From Malacoraja senta (Eukaryota): DNA of 64,000 bases. Shown one piece after another: positions 1 to 11,764 of the stretch. The translations under genes and the position numbers were made by a program. The stretch spans positions 932,001 to 996,000 of the forward strand of contig CM075999.1 of assembly GCA_038087875.1 (NCBI GenBank), given 5' to 3'. Positions within the stretch are counted from its first letter, which is position 1. Each line of letters opens with the position of its first letter. The notes below the pieces were generated by a model. It searched no databases. It saw nothing but the letters and a program-made list of their open reading frames with translations, and had not been told where the DNA came from.

Positions 1-278
1 AAGGAACTGCAGATAATGGAATCCTGAGCAAAAAGGCCCACAAAGTGCAGGAGGAACGCAGCGGGCCATAGAGTCATAGGGCCAGGCGCTATCTGTGCAG
101 GGAAATGAACACTCGCGAGTGCCCTGTTTCCTTAATATTCTGACCTCCAAAATTATTTTTTCCATGCAATTCCTGAACGGAAATTAACGGTAACGTACAA
201 GTTTAGTTATTTGGGAATAAGGTACTTTTTTTCTCTGCAATAGTATCTGTCACGTATCCATTATTGCATTGGAACAGC

Positions 279-285
279 TATAAAA
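279..285 (+). promoter_or_regulatory. Candidate TATA box of actin-like gene 1
   Basis: TATAAAA 196 nt upstream of the ATG at 475. The paralog has TATAAAT 198 nt upstream of its ATG. Confidence 0.5.
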
Positions 286-447
286 CATACTACTTAAAAT
301 TCCCAACCAGCAATTTATGCATCAAAAAACGTCACAATGAGTGCCATCTTTGTCTTTGTGATGGCGCACCGTAAGCAATTCAAGAGATTGCATTGCTTTA
401 TTCTTTAACAATGTGTGTGTGCGTGTGCGCTGTCGGAGGAAGGCAGC

Positions 448-1713
448 ATGCGCGGAACCTCTCAGCTGGGAGAGATGTTGCAGCAGGTCCAAAGAACTCC
501 GGCCTATTCTGTAGGGAAGCACAAGGAATCTCAATCGACATTGTCCAAAGGGATGGGCAAGGAGGTAAAGCCGAAATCAGTGGTTAAACCGCATGTGAAG
601 GTGAACTCAGATTGTCCCATCGTACGGACTGGGGCACTGGTGATTGACATGGGGTCAGGCAGTTGCAAGGTGGGGTATGCGGGCCAACCCAGGCCGGACT
701 CCGTGGTGGCATCCGTAACGGGATACCCAAGATGGAAGAACAAGCAACGCATTACTGTGGGCAAGACGGTCTCAACCGAACCAGATCTCGTACTGGTCCA
801 ACCAACCCACCACAGTATCATCGTGGACTGGACGGCGGCGGAGGATCTCCTCCGCCACGTGTTTTATGAGGATCTGAAGGTTTCTCCAGAGGAGCACGCC
901 ATCCTGATCTCCGACCCTCCTCTCAGTCCCACCACGAACAGGGAGAAGATAGCAGAATTTCTATTCGAGTCTTTCAATGTCCCCGCCATGCACGTCTCTT
1001 ACCAGTCTGTGCTGGCGGTGTATTCCTACGGGAAGACCTCGGGGCTGGTAGTGGACTCTGGAGACCGCGTGACCCAAGCTGTCCCGGTTCTCGACGGATA
1101 CAACATGCCAGATGCGATCAGTCGGATCGATCTGGGAGGCCACGATCTCACCACTTATCTGATAAAGTTGCTGGGGGAGGCGGGCAACGCGTTTCACGAG
1201 AAGTGCAGATACATAGTGGAGGACATAAAGCAGAAATGTTGCCACGTCACTCCTGATTGTCAAAACGAGACGAAACAGTCCAATCAACAACATTTTGTGG
1301 ACTATGAGCTACCAGATGGCCATATTATCACCATTGGGAAAGAGAGATTTATGTGTCCCGAAGCTCTGTTCAACCCAACACTCATGGAGACAAACCAGGA
1401 CGGCATCCACACAGCCACGAATACAAGTCTGCGAAGGATCCCACCCCAGGTTAGACACATCATGTACAACAACGTCCTGCTATGCGGGGGCTCGACATTA
1501 TTCGATGGCTTTAACTTACGTTTTTGCAAAGAGCTGTATGCCCTGTCACCCCATGGCTGCAAGCCCAAAATTCACGCTGTCCCGGAGAGGAAGTACGCCG
1601 TCTGGATTGGTGGTTCCATTTTGGCCTCACTCCATGCCTTCCAGTCGATGTGGATCCGTCGAGAAGATTACGAAGACCAAGGTCCAAACATTGTGTATCA
1701 CATGTGCTACTGA
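448..1713 (+). CDS. Intronless actin-like protein, ACTL7A/ACTL9 testis-type family (copy 1)
   Basis: Open frame with actin-fold motifs TGALVIDMGSGSCKVGYAG, SDPPLSPTTNREK, YELPDG, GGSTLF, ERKYAVWIGGSILASL and C-terminal HMCY, plus an N-terminal extension. The ORF track starts at GTG 415; the first ATG is 448, and ATG 475 (MLQQVQR) matches the paralog start MLQKIQR. AATAAA at 1785. Confidence 0.9.
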   Translation: MRGTSQLGEMLQQVQRTPAYSVGKHKESQSTLSKGMGKEVKPKSVVKPHVKVNSDCPIVRTGALVIDMGSGSCKVGYAGQPRPDSVVASVTGYPRWKNKQRITVGKTVSTEPDLVLVQPTHHSIIVDWTAAEDLLRHVFYEDLKVSPEEHAILISDPPLSPTTNREKIAEFLFESFNVPAMHVSYQSVLAVYSYGKTSGLVVDSGDRVTQAVPVLDGYNMPDAISRIDLGGHDLTTYLIKLLGEAGNAFHEKCRYIVEDIKQKCCHVTPDCQNETKQSNQQHFVDYELPDGHIITIGKERFMCPEALFNPTLMETNQDGIHTATNTSLRRIPPQVRHIMYNNVLLCGGSTLFDGFNLRFCKELYALSPHGCKPKIHAVPERKYAVWIGGSILASLHAFQSMWIRREDYEDQGPNIVYHMCY

Positions 1714-2090
1714 GATCAGAGTTTTATTTTGTCCTAGAGATTATTAAACGTTTACTTGAAAATGTCATTTTATATAAAGATGATAATAAAAGATTGATAT
1801 ATCGAATTTATTTTTTCTATTATTAATTTCTTCAACCATATTCCTCAGAAGATTCTTGTTAAGTTCGTTATTTAGATTACATAATTATTCTAATATTTAA
1901 TTACTTATTTTTAGGATATTCAAGAAATGCATGCTTTTAAAAATAATCAATAATAGTTAAACTTTTTGTTCAACTTTGGAATTTTAAAGGCTCTGATTGG
2001 CCTTGTCTGGCTTTTCACTAAGCAAGAAAATCCTTAAAAAAATAACTGGCAGTTTCCCTAACAGTCTGTTAAAGAAGGGGGGGGGGGGGG

Positions 2091-2618
2091 GTATTTGGAG
2101 TATTGTGTCCAGTTTTGATCACCATTATAGGAAAGACGTTGTTAAGTTGGAAAGAGTGCAGAGAAGATTTACAAGGATGTTGCCAGAACTTGAGGGCCGA
2201 AGCTATAGGGAGGGGTTGAGCAGGCTAGCATTTTCTTCCTCAGAGTGCAGGAGGATGAGGGGAGATCTTATAGAGGTGTATAAGATCATGAGAGGAATAG
2301 ATAGGGTAAATGCACAGAGTCTTTTACTCATAACCAAGGGATATGGGTTCAAGGTGTGGGGGAAAAGATATAATAGGAACCCGAGGGGCAACATTTTTAC
2401 ACAAAAGCGTGGATGGTGTATGGAACGAGCTGCCAGAGGAGGTAGATGAGGGAGGTACTACCTCAATGTTTAAAACACATTTGGACAGGTGCACAGATAG
2501 GATATGTTTAGAAGGAAATGGGCTAAACACAAGCAGGTAGGACTAGTACAGACGGGGCATGTTGATCAGGATAGGCAAGTTGGGCCGAAGGGCTTATATC
2601 CACACTGTATGACTCTCT
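2091..2618 (+). mobile_element. CR1 LINE 3' fragment
   Basis: LERVQRRFTRMLPEL...RMRGDLIEVYKIM translation followed by a CR1-type 3' UTR. Confidence 0.85.
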
Positions 2619-3034
2619 GCTAGTTTACAAAGAAAGACACAAAGTGCCAACGTAACTCAGTGGGTCAGTCTCATCTTTGGAGAATGTGGATAGATGACAT
2701 TTCGCCGTGATCATTCTTCAGACTGATAACTAGCAAACTTTGTCTCTGAACACAACCGCTGCTCAAAGCTACCTGCTGATTTCTGCTCCGGTGACTGGCC
2801 ATTTTTAATATGAAATTGCAGGTTTAACAAAGGCAGAGGGAAGTTTGAATAAGCTGGTCAACAGCTGTGGAGAAATAAGCAGATTTGGTTTAAGGATAAT
2901 ACACAAAGTGTGGGAAAAAAATCAGGGTGCATTTGAGGAGGAGGGAAATGTACAAACGAAGTTTGGGGTTGGCACCCTTCTTCAAGAGTACAGGGAGAAA
3001 GCTGCAAGAGAGATGGGGTGGAACTGTAATGGTT

Positions 3035-3300
3035 TAGTTTAGCAATACAGCTTAGAAAAGGTCCTTCAGGCCACCAAGTCCACTCCAACTATTGCCCACT
3101 CATTCACACTAGTTCTATGTTATTCCACTTTTGCATCCCCTCCCTAGGGGCAATTTATTTACAGAGGCCAATCAACCGACAAACCCCATATGTCTTTGGG
3201 ATGTTGGAGGAAACTGGAGTACCCGGAACCCCATACGGTCACAGGGAGAATGTGCAGGCTCCAAGCAGACTGCTCCCAAGGTATGTACCGAACCCAGGCC
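3035..3300 (-). mobile_element. HE1-type V-SINE
   Basis: Reverse complement of the core also seen at 37737-38052 (ggtcacagggagaatgtgca, accaagtccactcc tail). Confidence 0.7.
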
Positions 3301-4134
3301 TTTATAGCAAATATTGCAAGCCCATGCCAGACACACACAACCCTCCAGAGCCTCTCTATTGCCAGGTTAACATTTCAACACAACATGGGAGGAGCAGAAA
3401 TGTTATCCAGTTACAATTACAACTTCCTTTTGAAAGGACTGAAAGTGAGTTCAGCTTGCATCACACACTCCACACTTTTGCCTTCAACTCAAGCTTCTTC
3501 ACACGCCAGATCTCCCAGGCATGGATGCATTGATCAGTAACCCCCTTGAAATGCAACATGAATGAATGAGGAGATGGTATGCAGAGCAGATCGAGCAGCT
3601 GGAAAAAAAGAGGATGGGTTTTGGCAAGAGATGATATTGAATTTCATGGAGTAATTCTCCTTCATGAAGCTCAGCCACAGTCCCAAGTTCAGAGCTGGGG
3701 AAGGACAAGTTATTGGTGTCCACCAAGAAATTTATGCCAATAGTTTTGCACTTCAAGTTCCTTTGCTACATCAAGATTTATGAAGTGCCACATCTTTGCA
3801 TCCACTTTTGGTAAGCTGCAGCGGGAAATGGTAAATAATTGTCAATTAACTGTGAAGATTGGAAAATGATTGAGTTTATAATTACTTTGCCCTATTCCAA
3901 TTTAAACTTTTCATGAGGCTTCTACCTGTTTCAAATTATAACTTTCTGGGTCATACCGTGTAGTTCATAAATTCTAATACAAATATAACCGATTTATGTC
4001 CTATCTATATTACTCATAATTAGATATGCCCTTCAATCTCTGGCATTCCAACGAAAGCAATCCAGCGTTGTCCAACCTCTCCTTTTAGCTAATACCCTCT
4101 AATCCAGGCATAATTCTGGTAAACAGTAGCAAAA

Positions 4135-4370
4135 TTGAGACACTAGAAACTCCAAAGCTCGAATCTTCAGCAAAACACAGAGTGCTGGAGGAAATCATGT
4201 GGTCAGGCAGCATCTGCGGAGGGAATGACCAAAATGGACTAAGCCACATCAGGACACAAAGCGTCGCCTGTCCGCCCATTTCCTCCGCAGATGCAGCATG
4301 ATCCGTTGAGTTCCTCCAGCACTTTTGTGTTTTGCTTTCCCAACATCTGCATTCTCTTGTGTCTTCCTGA
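4135..4370. mobile_element. Palindromic Penelope-derived short element
   Basis: Inverted arms (gtgctggagg...gcagcatctgcggaggg / ctccgcagatgcagc...gagttcctccagcac), same family as the Penelope terminus at 7615-7715. Confidence 0.6.
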
Positions 4371-4388
4371 AAATTGAACTTGCAGCTT

Positions 4389-4395
4389 TATAAAT
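4389..4395 (+). promoter_or_regulatory. Candidate TATA box of actin-like gene 2
   Basis: TATAAAT 198 nt upstream of ATG 4587, positionally equivalent to 279-285. Confidence 0.5.
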
Positions 4396-4586
4396 AATGG
4401 CAACAAAATATTACCATAAGTGCCTGAGCGCAAGGTGCATCTCGGCGCCGTCATAATTGCTGTGTCTGTGATGTGCAAATATGCAGGTAGGATTTAAACA
4501 CATTTCATCCCGTGTTTTATCAAATTGATAAGCAGGTTTACATACAAGGAAGCCCCAGCCTTGTGTTTCTGTGTAGACTTTGAGAA

Positions 4587-5822
4587 ATGTTGCAGAAGAT
4601 TCAGCGGCCGCCGTCTGGAACCGCAGATAAAACGAAAACATCGCGTCCGCCCTCGTCGCCCGGCTCGGTGAAAGACGTCAAGTCCCGGGAGAAACCGGAC
4701 GCCGGCTCGGTGCCCAAAATTGCTATAATGAAGACTGGAGCGTTGGTGGTGGACATGGGATCGGGCATCTGTAAGGTGGGCTACGCCGGCGACCCCATGC
4801 CGCGGTCAGTGGTTGGGTCGGTGGTTGGGTACCCGAGAGGGAAGAGCAAACGAAACAACATCACCGTGGGCAAGACGGTCTCAACCGAGCCAGATCTCCA
4901 ATTGGTCCAACCAACCCGGCAAGGAATCATCGTGGACTGGACGGCGGCGGAAGATCTTCTCCGGCACGTATTTTATGAGGATCTGAAGGTTTGTCCAGAG
5001 GAGCACGCCATCCTGATATCCGACCCTCCTCTCAGTCCGACCACGAACAGGGAGAAGATAGCAGAACTTCTCTTTGAGCGTTTCAATGTCCCAGCCATGC
5101 ACGTCTCTTACCAGTCTGTGCTGGCGGTGTATTCCTACGGGAAGACCTCGGGGCTCGTTGTGGATTCTGGAGACGGCGTGACGCACGCTGTACCAGTTCA
5201 CGACGGGTACAACATGCCAGATGCGATCAGTCGGATCGATCTGGGCGGCTACGATCTCACCACTTACCTGATAAAGTTGCTGGGGGAGGCGGGCAACGCG
5301 TTTCATGAGAAGGGCAGATACATTGTGGAGGACATCAAGCAAAAATGTTGTTACGTGGCTGTTGACCAGGAAAAGGAGACACACTTGGCTGACCAAGAGT
5401 ATCTTGTGGACTATGAGCTCCCTGACGGCCACGTCATTACTATAGGCAAGGAGAGGATGAAATGTCCAGAGGCTCTCTTCAACCCATCAGTCATGGGATC
5501 AAACCAAGAAGGAATTCACCTCATGACCATCAACAGCTTGAAAAGAGTCCAGCCGCAGGTTCAGCAGTTGATGTACGACAATGTTCTGTTGAGTGGAGGC
5601 TCAACCATGTTTGAAGGGTTTTATTCTCGGTTTTGTAGGGAGATTTTTGCTTTGGTTGCCAAAGACACCAAAACCAACATCCACGCTGTCCCAGAGAGGA
5701 AGTACGCCGTGTGGATTGGTGGCTCCATTTTAGCCTCTCTCCATGCTTTCCAATCTCTGTGGGTTCGCCAGGAAGATTATCAAGAACGGGGTCCATACAT
5801 TGTGCATCGCAGGTGCTACTGA
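4587..5822 (+). CDS. Intronless actin-like protein, ACTL7A/ACTL9 testis-type family (copy 2)
   Basis: 411 aa ORF with KTGALVVDMGSGICKVGYAG, DSGDGVTHAVPV, LSGGSTMF, ERKYAVWIGGSILASL and IVHRRCY. AATAAA at 5928. Confidence 0.92.
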   Translation: MLQKIQRPPSGTADKTKTSRPPSSPGSVKDVKSREKPDAGSVPKIAIMKTGALVVDMGSGICKVGYAGDPMPRSVVGSVVGYPRGKSKRNNITVGKTVSTEPDLQLVQPTRQGIIVDWTAAEDLLRHVFYEDLKVCPEEHAILISDPPLSPTTNREKIAELLFERFNVPAMHVSYQSVLAVYSYGKTSGLVVDSGDGVTHAVPVHDGYNMPDAISRIDLGGYDLTTYLIKLLGEAGNAFHEKGRYIVEDIKQKCCYVAVDQEKETHLADQEYLVDYELPDGHVITIGKERMKCPEALFNPSVMGSNQEGIHLMTINSLKRVQPQVQQLMYDNVLLSGGSTMFEGFYSRFCREIFALVAKDTKTNIHAVPERKYAVWIGGSILASLHAFQSLWVRQEDYQERGPYIVHRRCY

Positions 5823-7614
5823 CATTGGTATGCTCTGCTGTTGTGAGGTGAGATTTGAGAGAAGGTGACTGGCTCATTCACGGAAAAAATACAAAACTGC
5901 AGTTAGATACAAAATGTCAGGAAAGGCAATAAATAGTATTACAATTGTTTTCTTGGCGTTTTTATTTTCATCCACTCAATGAGGTACTTTTTTTCAATGG
6001 AAAGATACGGTGCATTTTAAAGTTCTCAGCATCAGTTCCAGAGACAAATGTCCAATGTCCTCAATGGGGAAGAGGTAAATCAAAATGTATCTTCCATAAG
6101 ATTAGGCCATATTACGCCACTTGGAAGCCTAATAGAAAGGGCAGAAACTGTTCCTGAGTCTGGCAGAGTGGGCTTTCATGCTTATGTATCCTCAAGTGGG
6201 ATTCAATCTTGGGTGGAGTGGGATTCAATGTTCGGCCCATCACGTCTACTTTGCCATTCAACCTGTCCTATCTCCTCTCTTCGAGCTTTCTTCCCACTCC
6301 CCACACCTATAATCAATCTGAAAAACGGTCCCAGCCTATCACCTATATCACCAATATTACCTATCAATGTTTTCCAGAGATGCTGCCTGACCTGCTGAGT
6401 TACTCCACCACCTTGTGTCCTTTTGTGTAAACCAGCAGTACCTTATTTTTGCACTGTGATCCCTCCATGCTTGCAAAATTCCAACCATCCCCTTCCTCTT
6501 CAAAATAGAGCCATACAACATAGAAATAGAGCTCTGGATCCATTGAGTCAACCTTCAGACACTTATTTACACCAATCCAACATTTATTCCTTTTCACATT
6601 CCCCACATTCCCATCAATTCTTTCCAGATTCTACCACGACCTACACACAGGGGCTACTCTACTTCTTTGGTAATGAGGTAAATTATTTATGGTTAATTCG
6701 AAAAACTGATACTAATTTAAGATATCTTTTTGTTCTGTAAACCAATGCCCAATTTTCCAAAAACTGTATGTGTTAGTTGTTCCGATGGGATTGCCATTTC
6801 CTACCACTTGCCAGGGAAGATGGTTGATACAGATACGATGGTTGTGTTCAAGAGGCTTTTAGATGGCCACATGGATGAAGTGAATGGAGTGATCTGGATC
6901 ATGTGCAGGCAGATGAGGTTAGTTTATCTTGGTATGGTGTTTGGCAGGGACATTGTGGACCGAAGTTCCTGTGTTGTACTTTTCTATGTTTCATGTACTA
7001 AATGATGATTACTCACTGATATTGTCACCTTAAACTATTTAATAAGTAAACCCACTGCACATTATTTTGAGATTCATTACCCTTACCTACCAAAAAGACT
7101 TTCATTTATATCCCATTGCAAATGGCTGGAATTTAGCAGTACCTTATCCATTGTATTTATTGGAATTATACATTTACCAAGCTAGCTAAATAAACTGCTC
7201 AAAGAATTTAACAGGGCAAACAGCATCTATGAAGGCAAAAGGGTAGTGTGATCTTGCGCGCCAAGACCTTGGTTGCCATGGAGGATTTAAACATTCATTC
7301 CTGTGACAGTATTACTGCACAGTACTAACTGGTTTACTAATCTAAAGTAATTACTAATCCAAACTATTATTAATTCAAAGTAAGACAATAAAGTAGAGAC
7401 ACAAGGAACTGCAGATGCTGGAATCTTAAGTAAAACACAAGGTGCTGGTGGAATTCAGTGGGTCAGGCAGCATCCGTGGAGGGAATGGACAGATAACAAT
7501 TTGGGTCAGGCCTCTTCTTCAAATTGCTTGCAACTTAGAATGGCATCAACTACCTTAGAGTTTTAAGCAATGCTTTACGCTTATCTCCAGTCAGAAACAA
7601 ACAGTTGTCTTGAA

Positions 7615-8962
7615 AAGGTACACAAAAATGCTGGAGAAACTCAGCGGGTGCAGCAGCATCTATGGAGCGAAGGAAATAGGCAACGTTTCGGGCCGAAACC
7701 CTTCTTCAGACTGATGGGGGGTGGGGAGAAGAAAGGAAATAGGCGGAGGAGGAGCCCGAGGGCTGAGGGATGGGAGGGGACAGCCCGAGGGCTGAGGAAG
7801 GGGAGGAGACAGCAAGGGCTAACAAAATTGGGAGAATTCAATGTTCATGTCCCCAGGATGCAGACTCCCCAAGCGGAATATGAGGTGCTGCTCCTCCAAT
7901 TTCCGGTGGTGCTCACTCTGGCCGTGGAGGAGGCCCAGGACAGAGAAGTCGGATACGGAATGGGAGGGGGAGTTGAAGTGCTGAGCCACCGGGAGGTCAG
8001 GTTGGTTATTGCGGACCGAGCGGAGGTGTTCGGCGAAACGATCGCCAAGCCTCCGCTTGGTCTCACCGATGTAGATCAGCTGACATCTAGAGCAGCGGAT
8101 GCAATAGATGAGGTTGGAGGAGATGCAGGTGAACCTCTGTCGCACCTGGAACGACTGCTTGGGTCCTTGAATGGAGTCGAGGGGCTAGGTGAAGGGACAA
8201 GTGTTGCATCTCTTGCGGTTGCAAGGGAAAGTGCCCGGGGAGGGGGTGGTAAGGGACGGAAGGGAAGAATTGACAAGGGAGTTACGGAGGGAATGGTCTT
8301 TGCGGAAGGCAGACATGGGGGGAGATGGGAAGATGTGGCAAGTGGTGGGGTCACGTTGGAGGTGGCGAAACTGACGGAGGATTACTTGTTGTATGTGACG
8401 GCTGGTGGGGTGAAAGGTGAGGACTAGGGGGACTCTGCCCTTGTTGCGAGTGGGGGGATGGGGAGAGAGAGCAGTGTTGGGGGTATGGAGAGACCCTGGT
8501 GCGAGCCTCATCTATGGTGGAGGAGGGGAACCCCCGTTCCCTGAAGAATGAGGACATCTCAGATGCCCTGGTGTGGAACGCCTTATCCTGGGAGCAGATG
8601 CGGCATAGACGGAGGAATTGGGAGTAGGGGATGGAGTCCTTACAGGAAGCAGGGTGGGAAGAAGTGTAGTCCAGATAGCCATGGGAGTCAGTAGGTTTAT
8701 AGTGGATGTCGGTCAGAAGTCTATCACCTGCGATAGAGATAGTGAGGTCAAGGAATGGTAGGGAAGTGTCGGAAATGGTCCAGGTGTATTTGAGTGCCGG
8801 ATGGAAGTTAGTGGTGAAGTGGATGAAGTCAGTCAGTTGTGTGTGGGTGCAGGAGGTGGCACCAAAGCAGTCGTCGATGTAGCGGAGGTAGAGGTCGGGG
8901 ATGGGGCCCTTGTACGTATTGAACAAGGATTGTTCGACGTACCCGACAAAGAGGCAGGCGTG
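7615..8962 (-). mobile_element. Penelope-like element, 5'-truncated (RT + GIY-YIG endonuclease + terminal repeat)
   Basis: YLRYIDD RT motif, KDSIPYSQFLRL, and NLIYCIRCSRCQLIYIGETKRRLGDRFAEH (GIY-YIG). Confidence 0.9.
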
Positions 8963-10498
8963 CAAATACCAACAAAAGACAAACATCTGATTACTTTTAG
9001 GACCCAATTTTCAAAGAGTTCAAAACCTATGGGTGATATTTGAAAGTTCACTGAAAATGTGGTCAGTGTCACTCTCATTTCAGAAGATCTTAATTAGAAA
9101 GAAAAAGTTTCAAATAACAACTTTTACTTCTAAGAAAACTTAATCAGGAATAATCACAATTCCCCAAATATGACCGGAGCTTTGCACGTCACTTTGGAGG
9201 AAATGGAAACGCATAGTTGTAGGAATGAATCTGATTATTTTCTGCAAACAGAAATGCAGCTGAAAAATGCTACAGAAATGCAGTTGCAGCAAGATTTGCA
9301 TTACAAATTCTCACTTCAGTTTTCTGCACCAGCTCGTCAGAAAAAGTTCCCATTCATTTAATTATGTAGTTTGGCCAGATGGTGGCACTCTTACCTTCAA
9401 ATCAGAGCACATGGTTTCAACTCGCCACCAAATTCCAAGAATACAGGTGGATTCCAAGAAACAACTTGGATTGTTTTCTCTGGAGTTTTGGAGGTTGAGG
9501 GGCGACCTGATAGAAGCGCATAAAATGATGAGAGTTATGAATAAAGCAAATAATCAGGTTCTTTCCCAGAGTGAAAATGTCAAAGGCTAGAGGGCATGGC
9601 AAATATTTCCTCCTGTTTCCACAAACATCACACTCTGTCAAGTCTCGGAGCATTCTAGACAACAGATTCTCCTGACACTGTATTCCTTTGACAAGTAAGA
9701 ATTTCATTGTTCCATTTCAGGCCATATGACAATATGTCTCTTGACTCTTGACCATCACACACATTTCCTAACATGCGATGACCCAATCAATTTTCAAGAC
9801 AATGAGAATTAAACATCACAGATACTGACCCTCTCCTACTATGAGTAGCAATCCCACTGATGTTACATGACCTTAAACCATCAGACCTAAGTTCCCTATC
9901 CGATTTAATTTTTAAAGGATGTGGCGGGGAAAAATAAACTGAAATCTAAACAGGCAAGTTTGCTTCTTAATATTGCTTCTATATCTGTAGATTTAGGTTC
10001 TGTAGGTTCTTGAAAATGTGTCTAATTCTTGAAACTAACAAAGCCACAGTTTATTTCCTTATTCCCTTTTGATTTCTTCATTTTACATTTTAATCCTTAT
10101 GACTCAATATCCTTTGGTCTGTATCTTTTGACAGTTTGAACAGAAGGTTCGAGAAAACATTCACTAACTAAATATTGCTTAAACAACCAAGGATTACATT
10201 GTATGGCCAAAATCATTAAAAAAAAAACTAGCATTAGATTAAATCAAACCCTCCAGTCTACCAATCCATTTTAACAGGTAAATCATCAATTATGAGCGAA
10301 GGTCAGATATTACAAGTATTGTTAAGGACATGCGCTACCATAGTTTACGCCTTTTATCCTACCCATGACATACAAACTAAACTTCGATAATCATGTTCTT
10401 AATCGTTCTTTAAAAGCTCTTTTCCATCTCTTGCTGAGGATCACAAGCATGGTTAATAACTCACTGCCATTCTATGTCATTTGAAAAATGCACATGCC

Positions 10499-11471
10499 GA
10501 GTTAGCTATTAAAATTTCAAAGGAAAGTTGGAATGAATACTTATTAAAAGTACATAAATGCTCGATTAATGTAAGACACACTTTAATACAATTTAAAATT
10601 TTACATAGATTATATTATTCGAAAACTAAAATTCATAAAATTTTCCCAAACGTATCATCTATTTGTGATAAATGTCAATCCCAAGAAGCAACTATAGCGC
10701 ACTCATTTGTCTTCTGTACAAAAATTCAAAAATTTTGGAATGAAATTTTTGAAATCTTTACAAAGTTATTTAAAACAAGACTGATACCCAAAGCAGAATG
10801 GATTATCTTCGGAATAATGGAAGATGATCCAGAACTAAATGTGTTTCAAAAGAAATTAATGGATTATGGGTTAATAACTGGAAAAAAGCTAATTCTAAAA
10901 TTTTGGAAGAAGGCTCCAATACCAACTATAAATATGTGGATTTCAAATATGTTTGAAACACTACACCTTGAAGAGATAAGACTCCTCCTAGCAGGTAAAC
11001 CAGATCACTTCCACCTGACGTGGTCTGCATTTATAGAATTATTACAAACATAGGGTGCAAAAGTACTTTAAAAAAATAAAAAATTGAGGTCGGGTAAGGG
11101 GGGATGATAGTTGAAGAGTTGGTATGTCCTATTTACGTGATGCTCAAAAAAACCCATTTGTTTTTCTTTTTTTCTCTTTCTCTTTTCTTTTCTTAGGGCC
11201 TATTTCTTAACTCTTTTTCTTTTTGTTTTTAATTTCGCTCTCATAGGGTCTTCGTCCTTTTTTGTTGTTACATTTTCTACACTTTTCTACACTTGCACTT
11301 TTTCCTTCACTTTCTTCTCTCTTTCAATCTTTTCTTTCTTTAGTGTAAAAAAATAAATAAAGGGAGTACATTAATTGTAAGAAGATATAAATGACGAGTA
11401 TTAATGTATGTGGCTGTGATGTAATGTACTTCTAATAAATAAAAATTAAAAAAAAAGAAAAAAAAAAAAAA
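10499..11471 (+). mobile_element. L1 LINE 3' fragment
   Basis: ORF2 C-terminal CCHC region (QFKILHRLY...CDKC...HSF), poly(A) tail, and 16-bp TSD gaaaaatgcacatgcc at 10483-10498 and 11472-11487. Confidence 0.9.
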
Positions 11472-11764
11472 GAAAAATGCACATGCCACTGCGAAGCTTT
11501 CTGTCTCCGGTTTTCTCAAAACCGTCCGCACTTGACAAATTGCTCATATTGTTTACAATCTAGACACTTGAAAATTTAGTTCCTTATTGGTTCTTTGTAG
11601 CATGGTGCATGTGAAGAAGCATGCCTTTGAAAGGCATGCGATAACAATCTGTGGTATGCAGGAATGCTAACTTAGTTACGAGGCAATAGAGAGATAGTTG
11701 ACAGAGAGAGCTTTCCACTAAAATTGGAATGATAAAAACTCATGCTCCTGTCTTCATATTGGGA

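Noticed and set aside
415..447. N-terminal extension of actin-like gene 1 from the ORF track
   Set aside because: Starts at GTG. A vertebrate gene would use ATG 448 or 475.
7570..8427. 285 aa plus-strand ORF
   Set aside because: Antisense to the Penelope coding region.
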